Of a stretch of 64,000 nt of DNA, positions 55,940-63,840 are shown piece after piece. The stretch's first letter is position 1. The number at the start of each line of letters is the position of its first letter. The translations under genes were made by a program, and so were the position numbers. The stretch lies in the IMG/VR virus record IMGVR_UViG_3300031519_004866; one strand, 5' to 3'. This DNA comes from a virus. Under the pieces are notes generated by a model that was not told the DNA's origin, did no database searches, and saw nothing but the letters and a program-made list of their open reading frames with translations.

Positions 55940-56377
55940 CTATTTACCAGAATACCATGACCAATCTGCGCTACTATTATTATAGCAACCAGTAACTGTC
56001 ATAGTTTGTTGTTTATTGTATGCAATAGCAGTTAAATGCAACCTTCTGCAATACCCAGACCCTGTAGGCCAAGTCATAACTGGAGTTGAGATACCACTTG
56101 CATCAAATACATTCCAACGAACACTGTCGCCAGTTTCTGCATAAAGTAATGCATGTGTTACGCTACTCATATATGCTTCTCGTTGTGTTGGATCTAATTT
56201 TTTAAACCAACCAAAGGACCATTCCAACATCCTTGTGGTTCCTTGATTAGATGAATAATCAAAAAACTTTGGATTAGTAAAATCTGCTGAAACTGCCGGA
56301 CTGCTAATTAAGAGCAGTATTGACAATTTCCCAACTGCCATCAGGCTTTTGACAGCTAACACCTTTTCTTTGAACAT
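55940..56377 (-). CDS. RT0821/Lpp0805 (17-kDa surface antigen)-like exported protein
   Basis: ALLYAETGDSVRW...SG..TP..T...G.YCRRL...C......W; start possibly 56341. Confidence 0.7.
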   Translation of the reverse strand: MFKEKVLAVKSLMAVGKLSILLLISSPAVSADFTNPKFFDYSSNQGTTRMLEWSFGWFKKLDPTQREAYMSSVTHALLYAETGDSVRWNVFDASGISTPVMTWPTGSGYCRRLHLTAIAYNKQQTMTVTGCYNNSSADWSWYSGK

Positions 56378-56630
56378 TATATCCTCCTACGAGCATCCAG
56401 TAATTAAATTCACCACAGTTTGGAGCCATACCAGATTTAACCTGGAACAGCCTTTTTATGTCATCGTCTGTACACTCTACGTGAGTTCGACTGTCAACAG
56501 TCTCTCCGTTCTGTATCATGATGTCCTGTGATGTATGACAATATTGCGGCTTCTCAGCAATAACATGTGGCTTAGATGCACACCCTGTCATTGCAGCCAG
56601 CCCAGCTAACAGCAAAGCTAGTCTAAGCAT
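56304..56630 (-). CDS. Lipoprotein
   Basis: MLRLALLLAGLAAMTGC lipobox; Cys-rich body. Confidence 0.7.
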   Translation of the reverse strand: MLRLALLLAGLAAMTGCASKPHVIAEKPQYCHTSQDIMIQNGETVDSRTHVECTDDDIKRLFQVKSGMAPNCGEFNYWMLVGGYNVQRKGVSCQKPDGSWEIVNTALN

Positions 56631-56631
56631 T

Positions 56632-57123
56632 TTATTGTACCTTTGCTTCAGCAATAAGTCGATCAAATGTTTCTAGTGGCATCTTAATTCGAACATACGT
56701 ATGCACACGACTAGTTGCTGCTAGTTCGTATGAGTATTTCTTAACTTCAAGATGTTCACGGATAGTTGTATCCTTAACCATATGTTCGACATATGTTCTG
56801 TCTTTACGTGTGTCGTTTTGGATATCAACTGTAGTTGAACTGTTTACAGTTCCGTTAATACGTTCTGCAAAACCTTTTACAGCAAATGCATACGCTTGTG
56901 CTTCTGATGCTTGTTCAAATTTGCTTTCGCCCATTCCACATGCATAAGCATACTTGTCTTTCCAGAACAAGAAACCTTCTGAACCAATTTGTTCACAATC
57001 CATATACCAACTTGGATTAGCTTTAGTTTCTCGAATATCAATTGTCTTCATTGAACTACATGCACCTAATCCTAGAATCAGTGTACCTACAGTTAATGCC
57101 TTTAATGTTGCCTTCGTTTTCAT
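56632..57123 (-). CDS. LPP20-like lipoprotein
   Basis: LGLGAC lipobox; P.WY...YAYACG.G...A...A...FAERI. Confidence 0.7.
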   Translation of the reverse strand: MKTKATLKALTVGTLILGLGACSSMKTIDIRETKANPSWYMDCEQIGSEGFLFWKDKYAYACGMGESKFEQASEAQAYAFAVKGFAERINGTVNSSTTVDIQNDTRKDRTYVEHMVKDTTIREHLEVKKYSYELAATSRVHTYVRIKMPLETFDRLIAEAKVQ

Positions 57124-57156
57124 AACATGCCTCTCTGTGTGTGTTAATGTTCTTTT

Positions 57157-57185
57157 AGTATAGTATAGTTTGCGCTAGTTGTCAA
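57157..57185 (-). promoter_or_regulatory. sigma70-type promoter for the lipoprotein operon
   Basis: TTGACA (57185-57180), 17 nt, TATACT (57162-57157). Confidence 0.7.
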
Positions 57186-57469
57186 GTCTTTTTAGGTTGT
57201 TTTGGATACTTTTCTTTCCAAAACTGTAGTATTGCACCATCTCGGGTGTACCATATAAAACGATTAGGAACTATCCTTAGATGCCAAGGGTAAGGACGAC
57301 TCTTCATGTCCGTCCAACTTTCTGTTCTTTGTTGGCACCAAGGCCATATGCTAGATCCAATCCTTGTAAGACCAACACAGGCGGGGTACTTTGAATTTTT
57401 ATGTAATTCATCTAAGATGCTGCTTTGGGTCAATAATTTATCTTTGCACGTAAAATATGTGAAGTCCAA
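57182..57469 (-). CDS. Hypothetical protein
   Basis: 95 aa, TTG start; no motif. Confidence 0.45.
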   Translation of the reverse strand: MDFTYFTCKDKLLTQSSILDELHKNSKYPACVGLTRIGSSIWPWCQQRTESWTDMKSRPYPWHLRIVPNRFIWYTRDGAILQFWKEKYPKQPKKT

Positions 57470-58031
57470 TTCGTCCTACTAGCAACATGTCATCATTCCA
57501 TTTAGGATCAACATAAGTTGCATGATAGTGTGTGGCGCCTTCTGCAATGCCACGTAGGTAGTCGTTTTCTAACATTCGATATGCTATAGTTTGTGCCTTG
57601 TTCCAAGAATCGCCCGATGCAGGTTCGTCAGCTTTGCCATCACAGAACCAACTGAACTGACACTTGTTACGGATTGGAATATACTTCCTTTCAGAATCAT
57701 GTAATTCTGGAAATTGTTTTGTTTTCCAACTCTCTTTCATTTTTGCTTGTTTGATAACATCGCAAACAGTGTTTGGGTAAACTGTACTTTCTACCCTGTT
57801 TAGTACTACGTCTGATACTGCTGCCATTCCAGCCAAGTTATCACTTCTTGATTCATAATATATATTAAGAGCAAGACAGTACGCTTCTGGGTGTTGCTTT
57901 TCTGTAAACAGCTCTTGCTCAATCTCTTTAGAATTAGTGCTATCCATTTGTGTTGATGCAACTAATACAGTGGTTTTAAACATAACAGAAATTGCAATAA
58001 TTCCAGCGATAGTTTTAGTAAGTTTTTTCAT
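57438..58031 (-). CDS. SleB/Hydrolase_2-family cell wall hydrolase
   Basis: CLALNIYYESR, AVSDVVLNRV...PNTVCDVI, CQFSWFCDG, GATHYHA.YV.P.W, IG.HIFY; signal/TM N-terminus. Confidence 0.9.
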   Translation of the reverse strand: MKKLTKTIAGIIAISVMFKTTVLVASTQMDSTNSKEIEQELFTEKQHPEAYCLALNIYYESRSDNLAGMAAVSDVVLNRVESTVYPNTVCDVIKQAKMKESWKTKQFPELHDSERKYIPIRNKCQFSWFCDGKADEPASGDSWNKAQTIAYRMLENDYLRGIAEGATHYHATYVDPKWNDDMLLVGRIGLHIFYVQR

Positions 58032-58073
58032 TTAATTCTCTCCGTGTTCTATTTAGACTATGTTTTGACAATA

Positions 58074-58499
58074 TTATCTACGCATACTGCTAATTTCTTT
58101 AGCTTGGTCAGTTCCACGCATAACAGGAACTGCATTACTCTTATGCATTGTTGCAATGCCAACAATAAGGTTACCGGTATACTTGGGCGTTTCTTTTTTA
58201 AACGCATTGTAGGTGCCAGAATCTAAACTTGGAATATCATTAGTACTTGAATTCGGACGTGAAAACACAGCTGAAGGTTTATATTCTTGTGGTTTCCTTT
58301 GTGTCTTTGGCTTGTACTGTCCGCGAGTGTAAAGAACATAATCGTCAAACGACAGTGTTTCACTACGGATTGATTTTAAGAATTTATTATGCTTACGATG
58401 TGCTACTGTAAGTTTTTCAATTTGTGATTTCGTAAGAGGTTTTTTCTTACGTACTTTTGTGTTTAATGTGGAAAGGCCACGTGCAAGATGCATAGTCAT
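58074..58499 (-). CDS. Conserved myovirus hypothetical protein
   Basis: C-terminal YTG...GIATMHKSNAVPV motif. Confidence 0.65.
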   Translation of the reverse strand: MTMHLARGLSTLNTKVRKKKPLTKSQIEKLTVAHRKHNKFLKSIRSETLSFDDYVLYTRGQYKPKTQRKPQEYKPSAVFSRPNSSTNDIPSLDSGTYNAFKKETPKYTGNLIVGIATMHKSNAVPVMRGTDQAKEISSMRR

Positions 58500-58753
58500 T
58501 ATGCTGCTCCTTCAATAAAGTCATCTGAACAAGCATACTCCCAACGTTCTGCTATTGCTCTAGTATGTTTACACTTACCATGCATTGTCATTCCAATACA
58601 GTTACAAGTGAATCCTTTTGGAGTAAACTCAATAGTGTACTCGTTTGTGCCGCTGCCTTGGACTGCGTACTCTGTTCCTACTGCCCAATGCTTAGACATA
58701 TCAAAGAAGTCTACTTTGAGATATCTTGGTCCGTATTTGCCTTTTTGTGCCAT
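58499..58753 (-). CDS. SWIM zinc-finger protein
   Basis: FTCNCIG...GKCKH (CxC...CxH). Confidence 0.75.
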   Translation of the reverse strand: MAQKGKYGPRYLKVDFFDMSKHWAVGTEYAVQGSGTNEYTIEFTPKGFTCNCIGMTMHGKCKHTRAIAERWEYACSDDFIEGAA

Positions 58754-58817
58754 ATTGTGTGCCTCATTAAGTTATTAACTTAGTATTATAATAGCACTAC
58801 TTGAACAAAAAGTCAAG

Positions 58818-58854
58818 AAAAAAGGTGCCAAAATGTTGGAAATTGGCACCTTTT
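58818..58854 (-). terminator. Intrinsic terminator after the outer-membrane protein gene
   Basis: AAAAGGTGCCAA...TTGGCACCTTTT inverted repeat with T run. Confidence 0.65.
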
Positions 58855-58872
58855 GGAGTAATTTAAGCTAAC

Positions 58873-59487
58873 TTAGAAGTTAACGTTAAACGATACAACT
58901 GCTTCTCTGTCAGTTCTATTAAAGTCTGTGTCCATTTGCTGTAACACTGCTACATTTACTGTAGTAGTAGAAGTTACACCATATGAAAGACCAACTTGTG
59001 CAAATGCATCTGCTTCATCAAAATCCATAAAGTCGCCTTTAGAAGATTTCCAATCATAGCCTACTTCAGCATATGGAGTTACAATACCCATATCAAATGC
59101 TGCGCCAACAACTGGACTAAATCTTAACTCGTCTTTAGTTGTTGAATCACCAGTTGTGTAGTGAAGCTCTGGAGTAGCATAAAACGATACTCTAGATGGT
59201 TCTAACTCGTCTTGTGTAGTAGTAAAAGTTTTACCAACTGTTAAACGATAATCTTCAACAGCATCGTTGTCGATAAATTCAAGACCTACTGTTGCTGTAC
59301 CAAAGTCGTGAGCTACGCCAAAAACGTTTGCTTCGTGACTAAAATCACTGTTTGCACCAGTACCTACTGAAAAGGTTGTGTTGTCTCTAGAAAGGTTAAT
59401 GTTTACCCCTGTCTTGTCAAAATTATCAGCTTGTACTGCGGTTGCCATTAATGCAACTGCTGCTGCTGTTATTAGTATTTTATTCAT
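58873..59487 (-). CDS. Outer-membrane beta-barrel protein
   Basis: Signal peptide (AVQA), alternating amphipathic strands, C-terminal SFNVNF (terminal Phe BAM signal). Confidence 0.75.
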   Translation of the reverse strand: MNKILITAAAVALMATAVQADNFDKTGVNINLSRDNTTFSVGTGANSDFSHEANVFGVAHDFGTATVGLEFIDNDAVEDYRLTVGKTFTTTQDELEPSRVSFYATPELHYTTGDSTTKDELRFSPVVGAAFDMGIVTPYAEVGYDWKSSKGDFMDFDEADAFAQVGLSYGVTSTTTVNVAVLQQMDTDFNRTDREAVVSFNVNF

Positions 59488-59517
59488 GTGTTTACTTTTC
59501 CTTGTTCCTTAAAACTA

Positions 59518-59545
59518 AAAAAACAGTGGACATCATTGTCTACTG
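59518..59545 (-). terminator. Intrinsic terminator after peroxiredoxin
   Basis: CAGTAGACA-ATGA-TGTCCACTG stem followed by TTTTTT. Confidence 0.55.
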
Positions 59546-59605
59546 TACGGTTATTATCCAACATCGATCTATTTAATCGTATACAACTGTAGAGTTATAT
59601 ACTAA

Positions 59606-60184
59606 CTAAACTTTCTCGTTGTTGATGTTCTTAATAAACTCAAACGTCTCTGTATGAGTTTTCAAAAAAGCTAAACAGTTTTCCGGAGCGGTTTCGCCAT
59701 ACGGATCATCGTCTAAGCCTTCGTTGTTAATGCCAGGTTCCTGCCACCACTGTTCTACTACGCCATCGTTAACGATAGCCATGTATCGCCAGCTACGTAA
59801 ACCAAATCCCAAATGGTACTTTCCAATTAACATACCCATAAATCGGGTAAAGTCGCCGGAGCCATCTGGAATAACTTTAACACGTTCGATGCATTGATCT
59901 TTGGCCCATTTGTTCATAACAAATGCGTCATTGACACTCATGCAATAAATGTCGTCAATTCCCATTTCACAAATTTTGTTGTAGTTCTCTTCAAAACCTG
60001 GTAGCTGATACGTTGAGCAAGTAGGTGTAAATGCACCCGGCAAACTGAATAACACTACACGCTTACCTTTAAAGTAATCGTCTGTTGTCATGTCTTGCCA
60101 ACGGTATGGGTTTGGTCCTTCAATTGTTTCGTCACGAACTCTTGTCTTAAAAGTAACGTGTGGAATTTTAAAGCCTGCAATCAT
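59606..60184 (-). CDS. Peroxiredoxin (Prx5/PGdx-type)
   Basis: KRVVLFSLPGAFTPTCS, SVNDAFVM, PDGSGDFT, RSWRY. Confidence 0.93.
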   Translation of the reverse strand: MIAGFKIPHVTFKTRVRDETIEGPNPYRWQDMTTDDYFKGKRVVLFSLPGAFTPTCSTYQLPGFEENYNKICEMGIDDIYCMSVNDAFVMNKWAKDQCIERVKVIPDGSGDFTRFMGMLIGKYHLGFGLRSWRYMAIVNDGVVEQWWQEPGINNEGLDDDPYGETAPENCLAFLKTHTETFEFIKNINNEKV

Positions 60185-60259
60185 TAAGTTCTTCCTTTAT
60201 TGTCGTGCAAATTATTTACCCTGTACTCTAAACACTATAGTTAGATCTGAATACAAGTA

Positions 60260-60406
60260 CTACGTTTCGGACAATTTTTCTTTGTCTTTATTTTCTCTGA
60301 TATGCCATTTTAAACTGCACTCTGGTCCACAGAATATGTGTTGCCTTCCTGCTGTATAATACGGTGAAGTAAAGTATGCTTCGCCACATTCACTGCACTC
60401 ATTCAC
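60260..60406 (-). CDS. Small Zn-binding-like protein (48 aa)
   Basis: Manual translation MNECSECGE...HIFCGPEC...; GTG overlaps the upstream TAG. Confidence 0.5.
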   Translation of the reverse strand: MNECSECGEAYFTSPYYTAGRQHIFCGPECSLKWHIRENKDKEKLSET

Positions 60407-60759
60407 TAGTCTTCATCATCGTCGTCCCACAACCTAGCAATACGCATTTCGTTTGTTAGACGTGCTATTTTAATCATGCTGCCTGGCCCGTCCCATAGCT
60501 CGTTCATCAGCTCATTTATTTCATCAAGTGGAATTGCTTCAATATGATTCTTCTTCCAACTGTTAGCAGTCTTAAAACATTTTTTATGAAAGTGTTCTAA
60601 TAAGAACTCTACAATGCCTTGCGGAATTCGACTGTGTTCACTGAATGCAAATGTACCTTTAAATCCGTTAAGTGTTCCTGGATCGTTTATAGGTTGCTTT
60701 GCCCAATATGCGTTACGGTGTTCAGCTTCTGGAATTAAAAAGTTGTGCAATATATTCAT
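60406..60759 (-). CDS. Hypothetical protein
   Basis: ORF downstream of the msmA-like gene; start taken at internal ATG 60759 (uncertain). Confidence 0.45.
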   Translation of the reverse strand: MNILHNFLIPEAEHRNAYWAKQPINDPGTLNGFKGTFAFSEHSRIPQGIVEFLLEHFHKKCFKTANSWKKNHIEAIPLDEINELMNELWDGPGSMIKIARLTNEMRIARLWDDDDED

Positions 60760-60796
60760 AGTACGTGCCTTAGTTAAGTAATAATTAACTATTATA

Positions 60797-61882
60797 CTAC
60801 AAACTGTTAACGTTGTCAACCATATTGTAAGGATCAATGTCTAAATACTTGCCCCACTCACTGTAGTAATGACGCATACCAACTTCATCATGAATTGTTT
60901 CGTTCTCATGACGTCCGTGTAATACGTTTCTACGTTCAGTGCCTGGAGCCATTGCTACACCCTGTCCACTTACACCTAACAAGTCTTCGTGCAAGTTACG
61001 GCCAAACGGTCCCCATATAGTGTTGTGATGATCTATACGTTGCTTACGTTCTTCAGGTGTGTCTTTTAACAAGCCATATCCTCTAAACTCTATAAGCACA
61101 CTGTTAGGTCCTAGTGGAGTAACACTATCACTACGGAAAGCACTTCCACGTAGGTTAAAGTTAAAGCCTGGAAACAAGTCTACCATGTACCACTGATTGG
61201 GTGGTAGGGTAGGAAAACTTAATGCTTCTCTATCTCCTGCTCCTTCGTATTGACCGTACTGTACTGTGAAACTACTTACGTTTACATGTCCGTTATCAAA
61301 CGCAATGTTCTTACGTGCAAAGTATTCATCATTAAATCCTGTTACACGATTAAAGTAATGCATAAAGTCGTGATAGAATTCACTGTTAGTGTCGTGCCAT
61401 AGTTTGTAGTTTGTTGGAATGATTGCTTTATGATAATGGAACACTTCTAGTTCTTCAGTGTCAATAGCACCAGCAATACAATCAAATGCTCCTGCGGTCC
61501 ATTCTTCTACATTCATGCTTGGATTAGGATCTAGTGTTACCCATACCATGCCTCCGTGTTTTACTTCGCAGTATAGTTCTTCTACATCACTTAGTAATAA
61601 TTCATAAGGGCTTGTATTACCTGCTACACCTTTGATACCTGGATTCATAAAAGCTCTAACTCGATCTCCATGATTTACTATAATTATATTTCGAAATGCA
61701 ATCTGAGATGTTCTGTAATCACCTATTTCTTTTATTTCGCTTTTGTGTATAACAGGTACCCATACTTTAGCAAAGATATTTTTAATCTCTTCTTCGTATA
61801 TTTTTTGACTAGAATATATTTCGCTACTTACTGCTTCTACTGGTGGTACTGACAACCAACTCTTGTGGTTACGTGGTGGCAT
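60797..61882 (-). CDS. msmA: Ring-hydroxylating oxygenase alpha subunit, methanesulfonate monooxygenase MsmA-like, lacking the Rieske motif
   Basis: NYKLWHDTNSEFYHDFMH and GPFGRNLHED mononuclear-Fe ligands plus NQWYMVDLFPG resemble MsmA as recalled; no CxH or CxxH anywhere; start 61882 fits the GGAG SD. Confidence 0.7.
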   Translation of the reverse strand: MPPRNHKSWLSVPPVEAVSSEIYSSQKIYEEEIKNIFAKVWVPVIHKSEIKEIGDYRTSQIAFRNIIIVNHGDRVRAFMNPGIKGVAGNTSPYELLLSDVEELYCEVKHGGMVWVTLDPNPSMNVEEWTAGAFDCIAGAIDTEELEVFHYHKAIIPTNYKLWHDTNSEFYHDFMHYFNRVTGFNDEYFARKNIAFDNGHVNVSSFTVQYGQYEGAGDREALSFPTLPPNQWYMVDLFPGFNFNLRGSAFRSDSVTPLGPNSVLIEFRGYGLLKDTPEERKQRIDHHNTIWGPFGRNLHEDLLGVSGQGVAMAPGTERRNVLHGRHENETIHDEVGMRHYYSEWGKYLDIDPYNMVDNVNSL

Positions 61883-61981
61883 AAACATTTCTCCTTTTAC
61901 AATGTTATTTAATATATAATAACACCAAAAAAGAGAAAAGTCTAATTGTTTGTTCCTATAAGCTAATAGGTACTAGTTAAC

Positions 61982-62056
61982 TGGCATGCGAGCAGGGATT
62001 CGAACCCCGACTAACGGTTTTGGAGACCGCTGTGCTACCATTAACACCACTCACAT
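61982..62056 (-). tRNA. trnW: tRNA-Trp(CCA)
   Basis: ATGTGAG/CTCGCAT acceptor stem, anticodon arm GCGGT-CTCCAAA-ACCGT, GGTTCGAATCC, discriminator G, encoded CCA. Confidence 0.92.
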
Positions 62057-62063
62057 ATAAATT

Positions 62064-62357
62064 TTATTCGTGTTCGCCGCCTTTGCCGCGACCGTACCCG
62101 CCAAAATATTCTGGCTTACGTTTTGCTGTTTCAAATGTTGCTACTGTAATTGCAATGGCTCCTAGTAATACTGTATGCGCAAACATACTAATAACACCTG
62201 CCCACATGCTACCTACAATTATAGCAAATGCAATACACCACATCCATGCTAACACTTGCATAATCATATGCCGTGTACTAAAGTCTGGAATGACACTCAG
62301 AGGATTCTTTTCGTGATCCATTACTACATTCCAACAGTTATATATCCATTCTCTCAT
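62064..62357 (-). CDS. Small membrane protein
   Basis: NPLSVIPD...RHMIMQVLAWMWCIAF...; two TM segments; AGGA SD. Confidence 0.7.
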   Translation of the reverse strand: MREWIYNCWNVVMDHEKNPLSVIPDFSTRHMIMQVLAWMWCIAFAIIVGSMWAGVISMFAHTVLLGAIAITVATFETAKRKPEYFGGYGRGKGGEHE

Positions 62358-62430
62358 CCTGAGGTCCTTTCTAATGTTTATATAAACTAAGTTAACACAG
62401 ATATATTATAGTGTCAACCTTTTTAATATG

Positions 62431-62717
62431 AAGTGCAACTTTTCTGTTGCCAGGTAAGTTGCCAACCCCTACGTGCTTAGTTAGACTAAGCCGCTAATGC
62501 CATTCCTGGCGCTGTATTTGCGTTTGCATTTACAAAGTTTGTTCGCGGTAACGGCGCTTACATCCCGGTAACTCCACTAACTCTATTAAACACCAGTCGA
62601 TCCTGTGTCGCCCCCATCAAAAATACATTCACAGTTTAATAGCAGAATGTATTTTTGGTGGAGGCGTCGGGTACTGCCCCCGAGTCCTGTATGCCGTTTG
62701 AATTGCTTCAACGTTAC
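62431..62717 (-). ncRNA. ssrA: Permuted two-piece tmRNA (alphaproteobacterial type)
   Basis: Acceptor piece ends CGCCTCCACCA at 62656, then a hairpin spacer, then coding piece starting GGGGGCG at 62615; G3.U70 pair; tag ORF 62527-62486 = ANANTAPGMALAA*; outer ends approximate. Confidence 0.9.
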
Positions 62718-62759
62718 GATAGTATTTATAATATAACATCAAGCGAGCAACAAGTCAAG

Positions 62760-62782
62760 AAAAAAGGGCCGAAGCCCTTTTT
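62760..62782. terminator. Bidirectional intrinsic terminator
   Basis: AAAAAAGGGC-CGAA-GCCCTTTTT; UUCG tetraloop on the minus strand, downstream of cspA. Confidence 0.8.
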
Positions 62783-62799
62783 CCCTATTCAAATCTTTA

Positions 62800-63003
62800 T
62801 TAAAGAGATTGAATGTTCGACGCTTGAGGACCTTTCGGACCTTGTTCTAGTTCATACGAAACAGCTTGGTTCTCTGTTAAAGTCTTAAACCCTTCGCTTG
62901 AAATAGCTGAGAAATGTGCGAACACATCTTTTGAGCCATCGTCTGGTGTAATGAAGCCATAACCTTTCTCTGCATTAAACCATTTTACTTTTCCTGTTGT
63001 CAT
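62800..63003 (-). CDS. cspA: Cold-shock protein
   Basis: [15 protein letters not shown] (RNP1), DVFAHFSAI (RNP2), GPKGPQA. Confidence 0.95.
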   Translation of the reverse strand: MTTGKVKWFNAEKGYGFITPDDGSKDVFAHFSAISSEGFKTLTENQAVSYELEQGPKGPQASNIQSL

Positions 63004-63017
63004 TTTATTTCCTTTTG

Positions 63018-63338
63018 TTATGCGGCTTGTCTATCTACTACTTTGTCTTTTACGACAGACGCAGTTCTATTCTTGCCAGTTTCAGGTCGGATAGGTTCCA
63101 ACCATGTGTCAGCAATGTAGGCTTTCGGTGCATCTCCAAACATGTTACTTAATCCATGTTCTGCGGATATCCACCAGTAATGATCTGTTACAGGAATTAA
63201 ACAGGCTAGTCCTTTGAAATCAAAAGATTCCCCTGCCTTGTACTTTCCGATGTAGTTCTCAACCAAAACAATCTTGCCGATATTCTCTGGTCTAACAGAG
63301 TATATAATTTTAGCTAAATCACCTTGTTCGCATTTCAT
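63018..63338 (-). CDS. Hypothetical protein
   Basis: [11 protein letters not shown]...NIGKIV...DTWLEPIRP. Confidence 0.6.
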   Translation of the reverse strand: MKCEQGDLAKIIYSVRPENIGKIVLVENYIGKYKAGESFDFKGLACLIPVTDHYWWISAEHGLSNMFGDAPKAYIADTWLEPIRPETGKNRTASVVKDKVVDRQAA

Positions 63339-63339
63339 A

Positions 63340-63759
63340 TTACTTTAACCAAGCTACTCGCTTTCCTTCACGAACACGACGAGCGTGTTCCTCTTCTGAA
63401 CCTGGATATCTCCAAGCCCATATTGCAACGCCTAACATAAACACACCACTCCATACTACTGCTTTAATATTGCCAGTAGCAAGATAAGTTGCAAGTAATG
63501 TTGTTGACATCACAAATACCATTGCATACTTTCCCTTAGTAGGGAAAATACGTTTAGTGTTCCAATTTGTTAAGAACTTACCAAACCAAGGATGATTGTA
63601 TAACCATGCCTCCATTTTAGGTGAACTCTTAGCAAACGCCCATGCAGCAATTACTAAAAATATGCTGAATGGTATTCCAGGAGTTACGATACCGATGTAG
63701 GCTAAACCTACACACAAGAATCCTAATGCCTGGTATAAATACTTTTTGATTTTATTCAT
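63340..63759 (-). CDS. YbaN/DUF454-family inner-membrane protein
   Basis: LGFLCVGLAYIGIVTPGIP...FAKSSP...WL.NHPWFG. Confidence 0.85.
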   Translation of the reverse strand: MNKIKKYLYQALGFLCVGLAYIGIVTPGIPFSIFLVIAAWAFAKSSPKMEAWLYNHPWFGKFLTNWNTKRIFPTKGKYAMVFVMSTTLLATYLATGNIKAVVWSGVFMLGVAIWAWRYPGSEEEHARRVREGKRVAWLK

Positions 63760-63840
63760 AAAGCCATCCTTCTAGCAAAGTTTGTCTTTGCCTTGTAGTA
63801 TTAGTTATTGTATAATCAAACATATAATACTATTCGTGGC

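Noticed and set aside
60797-61882. msmA-like gene as a pseudogene
   Set aside because: Frame is uninterrupted, SD and promoter core are present, and all mononuclear-iron ligands are retained; reported instead as a finding
62655-62888. 77-aa plus-strand ORF and similar short antisense ORFs throughout the track (e.g. 62020-62316, 35976-36275, 40555-40875)
   Set aside because: They are antisense shadows of tmRNA, tRNAs or well-supported CDSs and lack motifs or RBS
63004-63017. cspA cold-sensing 5' UTR
   Set aside because: Only 14 nt separate cspA from the upstream ORF, so no dedicated long leader is evident
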